From Eledone cirrhosa (taxonomy: Eukaryota): a DNA stretch of 64,000 nt. The stretch spans positions 51,026,001 through 51,090,000 of the forward strand of contig OZ024750.1 in NCBI GenBank assembly GCA_964016885.1, written 5' to 3'. Below, piece after piece: positions 11,815-25,100 of the stretch. Every line of letters begins with the position of its first letter. Within the stretch, counting starts at the first letter, position 1. Made by a program: the position numbers and the translations under genes. The notes under the pieces were generated by a model, which saw nothing but the letters and a program-made list of their open reading frames with translations, searched no databases and was not told the origin of the DNA.

Positions 11815-12140
11815 CATCCACCGGTTTCAACAATCAGTTTTCTTCGATCAACTGAACATTTTGCTCATGAAATTAACGTTTAAGTGGCTGAGCATTTCAC
11901 GAACATGACTACAGTTAACAAAATGCTGAGTTAGGTTCAGCGTGACACAGCGTGTGACAAAGCTGGCCCTTTGAATTACAGGCACAGTCCATCCAAAGGG
12001 CATCAATCAGTTTCCGACTACCCAATTTCACTCACAAGTCATGGGTAAAGCCGAGGTAAATGACATTTGCCTAAGATAAGCAGTGGAATTGAACCTGAAA
12101 CCTAAAGAGTGTGAAGCCGACTTCCTAACCATTAGGCTGA
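11815..12140 (-). mobile_element. Decayed SINE fragments
   Basis: Similar to 55145-55440 and, in reverse, to 16100-16220; tRNA-like head remnant gaattgaacctgaaacc on the minus strand. Confidence 0.5.
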
Positions 12141-12523
12141 TAAAATATACAAGATCTACAAATAAGCTTCGCTATACTGTATTACTACGTATTCCGTTTC
12201 CGAATACCTATTTTTCTTTTATAATAAACATTCTACGGAGCTTTAAAAGCGAGGCAAATATCCTCACTAACTAAATCCGATTACATTGAACGATAATCCG
12301 CTGACAAAAAAACATAATCCGGTCATTTTATATTACTTCTCTGTCTCTCTCTCCTCTCTCTCTCGCACTTTCTCTCACTATCTCTCTATCTTCGGTCTCT
12401 CTCTCCTCTCCCTCTCACACTTTCTCTCACCATCTCTCTGTCTCTCTCCCTCTCTCTCTCTCTATATATATGAGTGTGTGTTGTGTTTATATTTATATAT
12501 ATATATATATTATTTTGTATGTA

Positions 12524-12575
<52 letters not shown>

Positions 12576-12618
12576 TAGATAGATAGATAGATAGATATAT
12601 GTATGTGTGTGTGGGGGG

Positions 12619-12649
<31 letters not shown>

Positions 12650-12768
12650 TGTATGTATGTATGTATGTATGTATGTATGTATGTGTGTGCGTGTTTATAT
12701 CCTCTCACTGTTTCTCTTGACATTACTCTTGAGAGACAAAACACAGACACACCAATACATTCTCTTAT

Positions 12769-15247
12769 TCAGTCATTAGTAAGAAGTGAATCACAGCCTC
12801 GCTTTCGTCTTTCTACCACGCCAGGTGGCTGAAGTGAATCACAGCCTCGCTTTCGTCTTTCTGCTACACCAGGTGGCTGAAGTGAATCACAGCCTCGCTT
12901 TCGTCTTTCTACCACGCCAGGTGGCTGAAGTGAATCACAGCCTCGCTTTCGTCTTTCTACCACGCCAGGTGGCAGAAGTGAATCACAGCCTCGCTTTCGT
13001 CTTTCTACCACGCCAGGTGGCTGAAGTGAATCAGAGCCTCGCTTTCGTCTTTCAGCTACACCAGGTGGCAGAAGTGAATCACAGCCTCGCTTTCGTCTTT
13101 CTACCACGCCAGGTGGCAGAAGTGAATCACAGCCTCGCTTTCGTCTTTCTACCACGCCAGGTGGCTGAAGTGAATCACAGCCTCGCTTTCGTCTTTCTAC
13201 CACGCCAGGTGGCTGAAGTGAATCACAGCCTCGCTTTCGTCTTTCAGCTACACCAGGTGGCAGAAGTGAATCACAGCCTCGCTTTCGTCTTTCAGCTACA
13301 CCAGGTGGCAGAAGTGAATCACAGCCTCGCTTTCGTCTTTCTACCACGCCAGGTGGCTGAAGTGAATCAGAGCCTCGCTTTCGTCTTTCAGCTACACCAG
13401 GTGGCAGAAGTGAATCACAGCCTCGCTTTCGTCTTTCAGCTACACCAGCTGGCAGAAGTGAATCACAGCCTCGCTTTCGTCTTTCAGCTACACCAGGTGG
13501 CAGAAGTGAATCACAGCCTCGCTTTCGTCTTTCTACCACGCCGGGTGGCTGAAGTGAATCACAGCCTCGCTTTCGTCTTTCAGCTACACCAGGTGGCTGA
13601 AGTGAATCACAGCCTCGCTTTCGTCTTTCAGCTACACCAGGTGGCAGAAGTGAATCACAGCCTCGCTTTCGTCTTTCAGCTACACCAGGTGGCAGAAGTG
13701 AATCACAGCCTCGCTTTCGTCTTTCTACCACACCGGGTGGCAGAAGTGAATCACAGCCTCGCTTTCGTCTTTCTACCACGCCAGGTGGCAGAAGTGAATC
13801 ACAGCCTCGCTTTCGTCTTTCTACCACGCCAGGTGGCAGAAGTGAATCACAGCCTCGCTTTCGTCTTTCAGCTACACCAGGTGGCAGAATTGAATCACAG
13901 CCTCGCTTTCGTCTTTCTACCACGCCAGGTGGCTGAAGTGAATCACAGCCTCGCTTTCGTCTTTCTACCACGCCAGGTGGCTGAAGTGAATCACAGCCTC
14001 GCTTTCGTCTTTCAGCTACACCAGGTGGCAGAAGTGAATCACAGCCTCGCTTTCGTCTTTCTACCACGCCAGGTGGCAGAAGTGAATCACAGCCTCGCTT
14101 TCGTCTTTCTACCACGCCAGGTGGCTGAAGTGAATCACAGCCTCGCTTTCGTCTTTCTACCACGCCAGGTGGCAGAAGTGAATCACAGCCTCGCTTTCGT
14201 CTTTCAGCTACACCAGGTGGCAGAAGTGAATCACAGCCTCGCTTTCGTCTTTCTACCACGCCAGGTGGCAGAAGTGAATCACAGCCTCGCTTTCGTCTTT
14301 CTACCACGCCAGGTGGCAGAAGTGAATCACAGCCTCGCTTTCGTCTTTCTACCACGCCAGGTGGCTGAAGTGAATCACAGCCTCGCTTTCGTCTTTCTAC
14401 CACGCCAGGTGGCAGAAGTGAATCACAGCCTCGCTTTCGTCTTTCTACCACGCCAGGTGGCAGAAGTGAATCACAGCCTCGCTTTCGTCTTTCTACCACG
14501 CCAGGTGGCAGAAGTGAATCACAGCCTCGCTTTCGTCTTTCAGCTACACCAGGTGGCAGAATTGAATCACAGCCTCGCTTTCGTCTTTCTACCACGCCAG
14601 GTGGCTGAAGTGAATCACAGCCTCGCTTTCGTCTTTCTACCATGCCAGGTGGCTGAAGTGAATCACAGCCTCGCTTTCGTCTTTCAGCTACACCAGGTGG
14701 CAGAAGTGAATCACAGCCTCGCTTTCGTCTTTCTACCACGCCAGGTGGCAGAAGTGAATCACAGCCTCGCTTTCGTCTTTCTACCACGCCAGGTGGCTGA
14801 AGTGAATCACAGCCTCGCTTTCGTCTTTCTACCACGCCAGGTGGCAGAAGTGAATCACAGCCTCGCTTTCGTCTTTCAGCTACACCAGGTGGCAGAAGTG
14901 AATCACAGCCTCGCTTTCGTCTTTCTACCACGCCAGGTGGCAGAAGTGAATCACAGCCTCGCTTTCGTCTTTCTACCACGCCAGGTGGCAGAAGTGAATC
15001 ACAGCCTCGCTTTCGTCTTTCTACCACGCCAGGTGGCTGAAGTGAATCACAGCCTCGCTTTCGTCTTTCTACCACGCCAGGTGGCAGAAGTGAATCACAG
15101 CCTCGCTTTCGTCTTTCTACCACGCCAGGTGGCAGAAGTGAATCACAGCCTCGCTTTCGTCTTTCTACCACGCCAGGTGGCAGAAGTGAATCACAGCCTC
15201 GCTTTCGTCTTTCTACCACGCCAGGTGGCAGTGACTTGGGGGTTTCA
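12769..15247 (-). CDS. Putative terminal exon encoding a (GCDSL[L/Q]PPGV[V/A]E-RRKR)n repeat polyprotein
   Basis: Open frame across the array with a stop just after it (LLTND*); acceptor aatcag|t at 15247 is phase 2 and matches the donor at 17178; the main variant block changes mostly third codon positions in this frame. Confidence 0.4.
12783..15230. repeat. 48-bp minisatellite, 51 copies
   Basis: Unit gaagtgaatcacagcctcgctttcgtctttc(taccacg/agctaca)ccaggtggc(a/t); rare variants recur at 7-unit and 14-unit spacing. Confidence 0.97.
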
Positions 15248-15304
15248 CTGATTATTTCATATCTATATAGGTATCTTCATATATATAGTACATGAGGTTC
15301 TCTT

Positions 15305-15438
15305 TGTCTGTGTGTGTATGTGTGTTTGTGTGTGTCTGTGTATGAGTGTGTCTCTGTGTGTGTTTGTTTGCGAATACAAAACTGCACATGTATATATGTG
15401 TGTACATATAAGCACTCACACAAATACCCAAATTTTAT

Positions 15439-15469
<31 letters not shown>

Positions 15470-15644
15470 GGCCTGTGTGTGCCTGTCTGTGTGTGTATAT
15501 GTAAATGTGTGTGTATGTATGTGTGTGTGTGTGCGCCTGTGTGTGTGGGGGGGTATGTGTGTGTATGTGTATGTATGTGTGCATGTGTGTGTATGTGTTG
15601 TTGTGTGTGTGTGTGTGGGTGGGTGTGTGCATGTGTGTGGATGT

Positions 15645-15683
<39 letters not shown>

Positions 15684-15890
15684 CCTGTGTGTGTATGTGT
15701 GTGTGCCTGTCTGTGTGTGTATATGTAAATGTGTATGTATGTATGTATGTGTGTGCCTGTGTGTGTTTGTGTGTGTGTGTATGTGTGTGTGTATGTGTAT
15801 GTATGTGTGCATGTGTGTGTATGTGTTGTTGTGTGTGTGTGTGTGTGTGTGTGTGTGCATGTGTGTGGGTGTGTGTGGGTGTGTGTGGGT

Positions 15891-15960
<70 letters not shown>
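15305..15960. repeat. (GT)-rich tract with an internal duplication of about 210-230 bp
   Basis: gggcctgtgtgt..atatgtaaatgtgt..gtgcatgtgtgtgtatgtgttgtt occurs twice. Confidence 0.85.
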
Positions 15961-16839
15961 ATGGACGCATCATTACGAAATTCTCTTCGGAATCATTCAT
16001 TCACGGACTCAATCCCACAAGGTGGCACCGACGAAGTTTTATGAATGAATCAGTGTATGAGGAAACTGTGTTGAAGCCCGTCGGGGGGACTCTATCTATC
16101 TTTACGCTAAGGTTGCACGAGCTTCTGGAATGCTAGGCCACTTCGACTTTAATTTCATGAGCAGTTTGTTTCGTTGATCGAACAACTGGAACACATATCG
16201 TCGAAACCGACGGATGACCATCCCACTAACGCCGTCGCCTCTGTACATCATCACTAAAATAACCTATTTACTCGCAGCTATTTTTATTTTTATTTTTAAT
16301 TTTACGTGTAGCAAAAGCTTTTATGTTTTCCTGAAAGTTATACGATCTAAATATTCTATTATATGACACTCTCTACATATTTTATAGAAAACTCTTATCT
16401 CTCTCATCTGCTTAACTCCGTGTATAAATCTTTTGCCAGATTAACTTATTTACTGTCGTTGTCTATTTTTATTTTTTATTTTTTTTAATTAATACCTTTT
16501 ACACCGATAGCACCATTTTAACAACTTTCACAAGCAGATGTTTTATATGTTTAGAGAAAATTATATTAAAAGATACCTTGTGCGGATTCGGTATTGTTTT
16601 CATCAATTATAATCTGAGTTAATTCCAAACATCAAAGATAACTATTTGCACTTTTAACACATTTATCGGCATTATCATAAAAGACATTGAATTAATTTCG
16701 CTAACATCCATTTGCCTAACGATAATTTTATAATGCTATAACTACTACATATTTATATAGTGTTACGTACACATTATTCCGAAGTAATGAGCACAAACCT
16801 GTTGTTACATAACATTTAGTATGTGAGTGCATATAGCCT

Positions 16840-17065
16840 GAAGGTTCCGGGGTCGCGATAATATGGTTGTGGGTTTCATTCTCTGGCCGAGTAACATGGT
16901 GTGTCTTTGAGCAAAGCATTTCATTTCATATAGCTTCAGTTCATTCAGATAAAAAGGAGAATCAGTGGTAATTTGGAGCTGGACCTGTGATTGACTGGTG
17001 TCCCGATCATGAAGGAGATTTGAGCTTTCGATCACTTAATGCCGATGAAACAGAGATAAGATCAG
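16840..17065 (+). mobile_element. Decayed tRNA-derived SINE (MetaSINE-like)
   Basis: gtgtctttgagcaaagcatttcatttca...cctgtgattgactggtgtcccg, homologous to 38735-39003. Confidence 0.6.
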
Positions 17066-17177
17066 TGTGTTGTCCAACACGTGCAAGCGTGTAGAAATGG
17101 ACGTAAGGCGATTGCTAGTGAAATTATTGTACAATCAGTGCTAATCTTGACTGTTTCACCAGCTCTATTTAACTCAC

Positions 17178-17432
17178 CTAAATAGTTTCACTGATTTATT
17201 CAACGCATTCAATGGATTTTGTAATATAACTTTCTCTTTAGTTATATCGTGTTTGGAACAGGACGTAACAAGGTTATGTTCAGTGCATCTCCACCGAGCT
17301 CTTTCGAGGTTACGCAATCGCAATTCTATCCACTGAGACCAGGGAGCAACAGCCATCGCCTGTTTTGCAAAGGACATAAAGATTTTAGCGTTATCAATTA
17401 ATGTTTTTACTATTGTCGCTGAGATGTTAAAT
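17178..17432 (-). CDS. Putative host-gene exon (255 bp, phase 2-2), product unknown
   Basis: Acceptor tcctgtag|A and consensus donor AG|GTGAGT; only one open frame (FNISATIVKTLIDNAKIFMSFAKQAMAVAPWSQWIELRLRNLERARWRC...KLF); unique, non-repetitive sequence. Confidence 0.55.
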
Positions 17433-17642
17433 CTACAGGATTGTATCTCTGGCTTATTATGACTATCTTTCAAACATGATCTTTCACTAACTTGACAAAG
17501 ATTCATACACAAGTTGTTTAGATAAATATAAACCATTTAACGCAAGCAGGTTTATATCGTAAGACAGGGTGTGGTTCATGCGGTTTGGTATCAATCAAAA
17601 CGAATAAATACGAAATGCATCTTTATTATTACCTTTTTCTAG

Positions 17643-17832
17643 GGTGGTGGATTTGCAGTATCGGTAGAGAGTCTGACTGACGCCATGCTTTGTAGCAAAG
17701 AGTTACCGCCCTTTATAGTCTGAGTTCAAACACCGCTGAGGTTAACTTTGCCTTTCATCCTTATGGGGTAGATAAAATAAAGTACCAGTAATACACTGGG
17801 ATAATTGCTGGCTTTGTGCCAAAGTAGATACA
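17643..17832 (+). mobile_element. tRNA-derived SINE, same family as 3515-3695
   Basis: ggtggatttgcagtatcggtagag...gagttcaaa...ctttgcctttcatcc...ttgtgccaaagtaga. Confidence 0.8.
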
Positions 17833-18168
17833 ATTTTTACCTTTTACTAACAATATATTCTAACGTTAAGTGTCTGCATTTTAAATGGAACTTACATTAC
17901 TGCTTTGCCCAGAAAAGTATGTGTGCTCTGTGTGTGTGTATGAGTATAACGAAAGTGCTCAAGCGCAGATATAAAGATAGCTTATAAAATGGAGTGGACA
18001 CACTTAAATGACGGGAAAAGTAGTTGTCGTCGGACGCTGCGGTTCATTTCCTCACAGCCACCGATGGCAACTTCTTTTTCCGTTTTTTTAAGAGTGCTAT
18101 AAGCTATCTTTATAGCATTTCTGCGTTTGATCACACTTTTATACTTATATATATCTATATATTTTCAG

Positions 18169-18211
<43 letters not shown>

Positions 18212-18217
<6 letters not shown>

Positions 18218-18663
18218 GGAAAAAATGAAACGAAATTTCATTTCTCACACTTGGTACGGCCGTTACTTAAATATAAATATGTATACGTACATACATACAT
18301 GTATACAGACGTACAGTAGTATGCATATATATATATACATACATGCACATATATATATATGTACGTATGGATTCACCGAACATTTATTATAATGCTCGGT
18401 GTGTTTGTAAACAAACATCCCGAATTAAGCCGTACAGTGTCTAGCAACCACCGTTGTTCGTTTGTTCAACACTGACAAAGGAACGCTGTACTAGTTTCAA
18501 GCTTATTAGCTATCGTCAGCAACGTATACCTTACTGCCAGATGATTGAACGTCTGAAAGTATATACTTTCCTTATGCATATTAACGCCTGAGCAGCCTAA
18601 TTTGCATATCGAGCGAGTAAATCGGCCGGGCGCACCGAAAACGATAAACGGAAAAAATGAAAC

Positions 18664-18667
<4 letters not shown>
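18212..18667 (-). mobile_element. Hammerhead-bearing mini-element in (TA)n with a 23-bp terminal direct repeat
   Basis: ataaacggaaaaaatgaaacgaa at 18212 and 18644; hammerhead ACGTTG-CTGACGA-TAGCTAATAAGCTT-GAAAC-TA-GTA-CAGCGT at 18483-18525 (-). Confidence 0.65.
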
Positions 18668-18736
<69 letters not shown>

Positions 18737-19237
18737 TGTATGTGTGTATATATATATATATAATGATAATATAATTTTTTTGTTCATGACATAGCTTAAC
18801 TGAATTAGTTCTTTAATATAGATCTATGTGGGGGAATGGTCGTTTTCGGTCGTTTTTCTTTTCTTTGCCTTCTGATTTGTTTTGTTGTTGTTGTTGTTGT
18901 TTTTTGTTGTTTTTTCTTGTCTTTGTTTTTTTTTACCTTTGTGTTGTTTGTTATATTTTAATTCTACTGTTATTCCTTCAGAGATGATTATGGTATAGGC
19001 ATTTTGGGAAACTGATGTAGAAAAATTCGATGTGCCAAGAAGTATTTGACAGAGTTTAATATAAATGGTGAAGAGTAATTATTAATTTCTCAATAATTCT
19101 TAGCTCAGCTATATTCTAGGCACAGAAAAAGCACTAAAAATGTTTTTTTTAATAATATTCATTTATATGGGGAACGGGTGGTGAGTGGAGTGTGCGTGTG
19201 ATAGATGTACATATACACACATATATAGATTAGATAG

Positions 19238-19337
<100 letters not shown>

Positions 19338-19612
19338 GGATATACATGTAAATATATGTGTATATGTGTATGTAGGAGAGGATGAGGGAAATATTTATAA
19401 AGAGTGAGAAGGACCAAATTGTTATATGTGTATACATACATATATACATACAAAAAACTTACATATATATATATATATATATATATATACATGCATACTT
19501 ACATACATACAGACATTCATACATTCAAACATACACACATACATACATGCATACATACATTCATACATACATACATACATACATACATACATACATACAT
19601 ACATACATACAT

Positions 19613-22176
19613 AAAATTCGGTCTTTGAAGGACCAGAATGGACGCGTGATACGTGAGCCGAAGCAGATGTGTGCGGCTTTTCAGCGGCACTTTGCTCGGC
19701 TGTTCGGGGGGAGCGGCGCGCCGGGAGAGGCTATGGATTTCGGTCCATACCTCGACGGCCTACCGCGACTCTCGGACAGTGAGGCGAAGTTCTGCGAAAA
19801 GCCGATTTCAGCCACTGAGATAGGGGACGCGCTGAGCCAATGCGGCAAACGCACATCTCCAGGTCTCGACGGTCTACCCTACGAATTTTACGTAGCAATG
19901 CCGGACTTATTCTCCGGTCTCCTGGAAGCGGTCTACTGCAACTGGCAACAGAACGGGAGAATTCCCAGTTCTGTAACCGGGAGCGTGGTCACACTAATCA
20001 GGAAGGACGAGAATAAGGGGGATGACATAGGCAACTTCCGGCCCATAACTCTGCTAAACACAAAGTTACAGATTTTGGCCAAGGTGTTGGCAAAGAGGCT
20101 GGCGCTTGTCGTCGAGAACCTGGTGGGAGAAGCGCAGACATGCGCGATCCCGACCAGGTCCATACACGACAACCTCCACTTCATGCGATACATCATAGAG
20201 AGGGTAGGGTGTAAACCCGGCTTCGGTGGGGCCCTGATCAACTTGGATCAGTCTAAGGCTTTCGATAGGGTTGACCATCGTTACCTGGATGCGGTGCTCG
20301 AGGCGGCAGGCTTCGGACCCGTGTTCAGGGGCTGGATTGCTGCAATGCACAACAGCAACATCTGCTCAAGGGTCAAGGTGAACGGTTACCTCTCGGAGCC
20401 GTTCCATATTACGCGATCCATTCGACAGGGATGCCCTCTCTCCTCCCTTCTGTACGTACTGACTCTCGAGCCACTACTGCGGAAACTGGAGCTATTGCAG
20501 GGCATCCCTCTGGAACCGGGACTGCGGAAAGCGGCGTCGGCCTACGCCGACGACGTGACAGTAATGGTGTCGAGCGCCTCGCAAATCGAGGAAGTCGGCA
20601 CCTTACTAAAGGAATACGAAAGTCTCACAGAAGCGAAGCTGAACCGGGACAAGTCCATCGGTTTGCAACTCGGATCGTGGAGAGGCAGACCGATACCTTC
20701 CGATGGCGTCGTCGGACGCTGGGCGGAAGGACCGGTAAAGCTGCTCGGGGTCTGGTTTGGTCCGGACCTCCAGGTGGAGAAGAACTGGAACGAAGTGACG
20801 GCCAAGGTGTTTGCACTCACCCTGAAGTGGGCCGAGTGCAAACTATCCTTGAAAGGTCGAGGGGAGGTGGCGAACACTTTTATAGCGTCCGCCATCTACT
20901 ACCGCTTGACCGTCGTGCCTTGTCCAGCGAAAACGCTCTCCAAAATGGAGCGCGCCCTCTTCCGATTCCTTTGGAAGAGGCGGGCTCCTTTGGTAAGAAG
21001 ATCCATCTGCTGCCAACACCCTTCTAACGGAGGGCTGGGGATGCCGTGGTTGACGATGCGCAAACACGCGCTCAGGCTGCGGCATCTCTACGTATTCCTC
21101 ACCGGACAACCGGTGTGGGCCCCGTTCGTGAGGCGAGCCTTCCCACGACTCGTCTCGCTGACAGAGCTGCAGTCCTGGGTCAAGCAGAGACCGAGGAAAA
21201 TGGACGACTGGCACATCGAATGTGCTCAGGCGCTCACAGCCCTCTGGCAGGCGGACCCGGCGATCAGTGGAGACTCCACTTCGTCATTCTATAGCGGGTT
21301 GGTCCGCAGCAAGTGCGACGACGCGCTCAGTGAAACTCTAGGCGTGGAGGAAGATGAACTGGCCAGTCTGTTCGGTAGGACCTTCCGCCCGGGACCGATG
21401 GACAACTTCCAAAAGTCCCTGGCCTGGCAGTGCTACCGAGGAGCTCTACCAGTTCGAGACAAGCTCTACAGACATGGGCGCCCGGGCAGGGACCCTGCAA
21501 AAAAGATCTGTTCGAGGTGCGTGCGAGACGAAGAAACCGTCGCTCACGCATTCATACACTGCCCGGGCGTCACTGACCTGTGGGGCTATGTAGAACGACT
21601 ATTGTCGCGGGTGGGACCGATCCAGTTGACCACCGAGTCCATTGTCATGATCAAACCGCCACCCTCCTTCAAAAACGAAGGAGAGGCGGTTTTCCTTTGT
21701 GTGATAGCTATGGCGAAAGAGGTTGTATGGTGGACAAGGTTGAAAGGGCTGAGGTCAGACACCTTTCTCTCCGGCCAACAACTGATTCTTTTTTTCAAAT
21801 ACCACTTTGGAAGAAGAATCAGGATGGAGAGAGAGGTGCTGTACCCCAGCAAGTTTTATGAGAGGTGGGTGAAAGTGGCGAGAATGGCCCGAGTGAATGG
21901 GCCTTCTCTCTATATCAGCCTGTAGGTTGAGGAAAAGGAGGAGGAGAGGAAAGGAGTACAAGCTCTTCGTACTCCTGGAGATGAGGGTTGCACATCTTTT
22001 TTCGGGGGTATGTGTTACCCATATAAACTGTCTCCCTCTATTGGGAAAATCGACTAACTTTTAAATTCCATCTGTGATAACATTTTACACGTTTTTATTG
22101 TATGTAAACTTTCCCCTTTGTATTTGTCCCCTTCTTTTGTGCCCCTGTGGCTAATAAAGAAATATATCTATCTATC
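19613..22176 (+). mobile_element. Tx1/L1-clade LINE copy 1, 5'-truncated, RT and C-terminal zinc finger open to 21925
   Basis: SPGLDGLP, FRPITLLN, DQSKAFDRV, RQGCPLS, AYADDV, CSRC..ETVAHAFIHC; AATAAA and (TATC) tail. The N-terminus of ORF 19382 is microsatellite. Confidence 0.92.
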
Positions 22177-25100
22177 GAACAATCTAGCTGTCGTCTGTTC
22201 TACAGCGTAGATGTAATTCACTTCGCGCAGAAGTTTTGTTCAAATTTATTGCGGAAATTTTGTAAGTTCAATTTTAATTGTGATACTATTGTGTAGCTTG
22301 ACCCCCCCCCCCCCCCGTCTGAACTGTCAGGCGGTGGGTCAGCTCATCTTTGCCCCTCCCAGGGGTGAAAAACCTGTTTTTAAAAATTTTGTGGCATAAA
22401 ACATTTCAATCGTCTGACAGAAATGTTAAACGAAGCTAACGAAAATAGTGGTGGGGGGACAGCGGTAAGAGTTGCAGGCTCGAACGCTTTAGTCCCCCCT
22501 TCCTTACCAACTAACGTCATAGAGAAGGAAAGAAAAAATAAAATAAAAACAGACGAATGTGCGGAGAAAAATGACGAAAACACAAATCTGGACATTGATT
22601 CCAACAACAAAAAAAAATTTGAAAACTTGCATGACAATATTAATACCACAAACAAAGACACAAACACAAAAATAACATTTGAAAACAACATCATAACAAA
22701 AAGCAAAGCAGACGACAAAGTCAACACCAATAATATTTCATTTTCACAAACAACAAAGAAATCTTTGACATATATACCTGAAAATATTTCAGATGTGGCA
22801 CAAAGAATTATAAACGGCAAACAATACATAACTCAAGGGGAAAATGGTATTTTATCGGTAAAAATGCCTCAAGAACTCACCAAAGACATTGAAAGTCGAA
22901 CGGTCGTTTTCCGCTCCTTCAACAACATTTCTAAAAAACCTCAACAGCCAACACAAACAGAAATCAAAGCAGTACTTACAGAAGTACTTAATGAAACCAC
23001 TTTCATAAGAAGAGACATGCTGTATGGAAGCCTAGCGATTATTATGAAGAACGAATCGGCTGCAAAAAAAGTGCTTTGTCGCCGATTCGTTCGACAAATT
23101 TTACCTTTTATCCATCTTATATGGGTAAAAGAACTCAGCGCATTTGGCTGGATGCAATGATGCCAGATGTGGACTACTGCTGGCTCATAGCTGGCTTCAT
23201 CGATCCAGCGAATGACAACGGGATTTCCATTGGGAAAACCACAGGCAATGCGTTCAGTGGAACAGGTATAGAACTTGTAGTGCAAATGAAGCCTGAACGC
23301 ATCGCCCAGATACCCGACAGAATCCTATTAGAGGGCCACGGGTATATAAAAATTAGCGTGGAGGGGAGAAGGCCGTCCTGTCATATCTGTGCAGGCAGAG
23401 GGCACCTAAAGGCGGCTTGTCCCCAACTCAACAAAAAGAAAACCCTGCTACCAACACCAGCTCCACCACCACCACAACAGATAAACAAACAACAAAACTC
23501 AGTCCCACCCAACCCGTCCCTCAGTAAAACTACACCACCACCACAACACAAGCAGTCACAACACATTACCCAAAAACAAAACACAGTCCCACCCAAACCC
23601 CCACTCAATAAAACAACACAACCACCACAGCCACAGCACACAACACAGTCTAACATAGTGACATCCATCTCCCCCACAAAAAAAACCAACACGGAAACGG
23701 ATGTGTTAAGACTAGGATGTTTGAATGCACGTGGCCTGAGCTCAACTTGGAAGCAAGCAAAGCTTCTAAATGACCTCAAGTCACGTGGTATATATGTAAT
23801 GGTTATCTGTGAGACTCGGATCAGCGTCGTGCGGCAGCTGGCCCCTACCTTCGATGACTTTGAGGTGCATGCATCTCTCTGTCAACCTGGAGGTGGGGGT
23901 GGGGTTGTCGTACTGCTGTAAAAACACCTGGGTCTCGCCGTACAGGCTGTTCACTCGGACCCGGAGGGTCGTTTGTTGGTGCTAGACGTTGGCAGTAGTG
24001 AATGTGCGGCCTTGAGACTGGTCGCCGTCTACTCCCCTTTCGGAGCTGAACGGCCCGACTTCTTCCAGCGTTTGGAGACTTTTCTGGGAACGTCGCGTTC
24101 CCTGCTTCTAGCGGGGGATTGGAATGACATCCTAGATGCACGTTGGGACTATGCAGGAGCATGTCCTAATAGAGGGGGGTGTAACAGCCTCAAGGGGTTA
24201 CTCGACCGTTTTAACTTGGTCGATAGATATCGACTAGATTTTCCAACTGTGCCAACCTGGACTTGGACGAACCACAGTGGTCAATCTAGATCGTACTTAG
24301 ATAGATTCTTAGTTAGAAGTAAGGATAGGGACATATTAAGCTGTCCAGAAATGCTCACGGTTGGCTATACGGATCACAAATTAGTGACCTGCGTAGTCAA
24401 TCTCGAGAAAACACATAAACAGGGTCCCGGTTACTGGAAACTTAATTTGTCTTTACCGGCAAAAGAGACTTGCAGAAACCGGATTGGCAGATTAGTTAAG
24501 GAGAGGTTGACGGGTGCAATCGTCAACAACCGATGGTGGGCATCTCTCAAAAGAGAGATTAGAACAAAATCAATAAGTTATAGCAAGATGTTTGCTGCCG
24601 ATAGGAATAGGAACGAGAAAGAATTAACAGGTAAATTAGAAGAGGCAATCAAGAGCGAAGATGTGGCCAGAGTGCTGGCATCGAGGACGGCCTTGAACCA
24701 GTTTTTCGATGCAAAGCACGAAGGCTGCGTCATTCGAAGTAAAATACGTGCTCTGGGTAATGAGGGGGCCAAAGCCGTTGGCAGAAGCTAAGAGTGGAAA
24801 TCGATCCACCATCCGGTCTTTGCAAGACGAGGATGGACGGGTGATCCGGGAGCCTAAGCAGATGTGCGAGGCATTTCAAAGGCACTTTGCCCGATTATTC
24901 GGGGGAGGGGAGGGTCCGGGCGGGGACGTGGATTTCGGTCCATACCTCGACGGCCTGCCGCGTCTCTCGAGCGAAGAGGCAGAGTCCTGCGAGGGTCCAA
25001 TCTCGGCTGATGAGATCGGGGATGCGCTGAGCCAAATCAGCAGACGCAAATCTCCAGGTCTCGATGGTATACCTTACGAACTTTATTTAGCAATGCCGGT

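Noticed and set aside
12783-15230. CRISPR array interpretation of this and the 38-bp array
   Set aside because: No unique spacers, no cas genes and a eukaryotic context.
12786-15251. 821-aa plus-strand ORF over the 48-bp array
   Set aside because: It is open only because the unit lacks stops in that frame; the variants are non-synonymous and there is no start or splice support.
17896-18121. Possible additional minus-strand exon
   Set aside because: It contains a small inverted-repeat element (ataaagatagcttata / tataagctatctttat), and I could not establish an open, phase-compatible frame.
19382-19612. N-terminus of the 847-aa ORF
   Set aside because: It is TA/TACA microsatellite fortuitously in frame with the truncated LINE.
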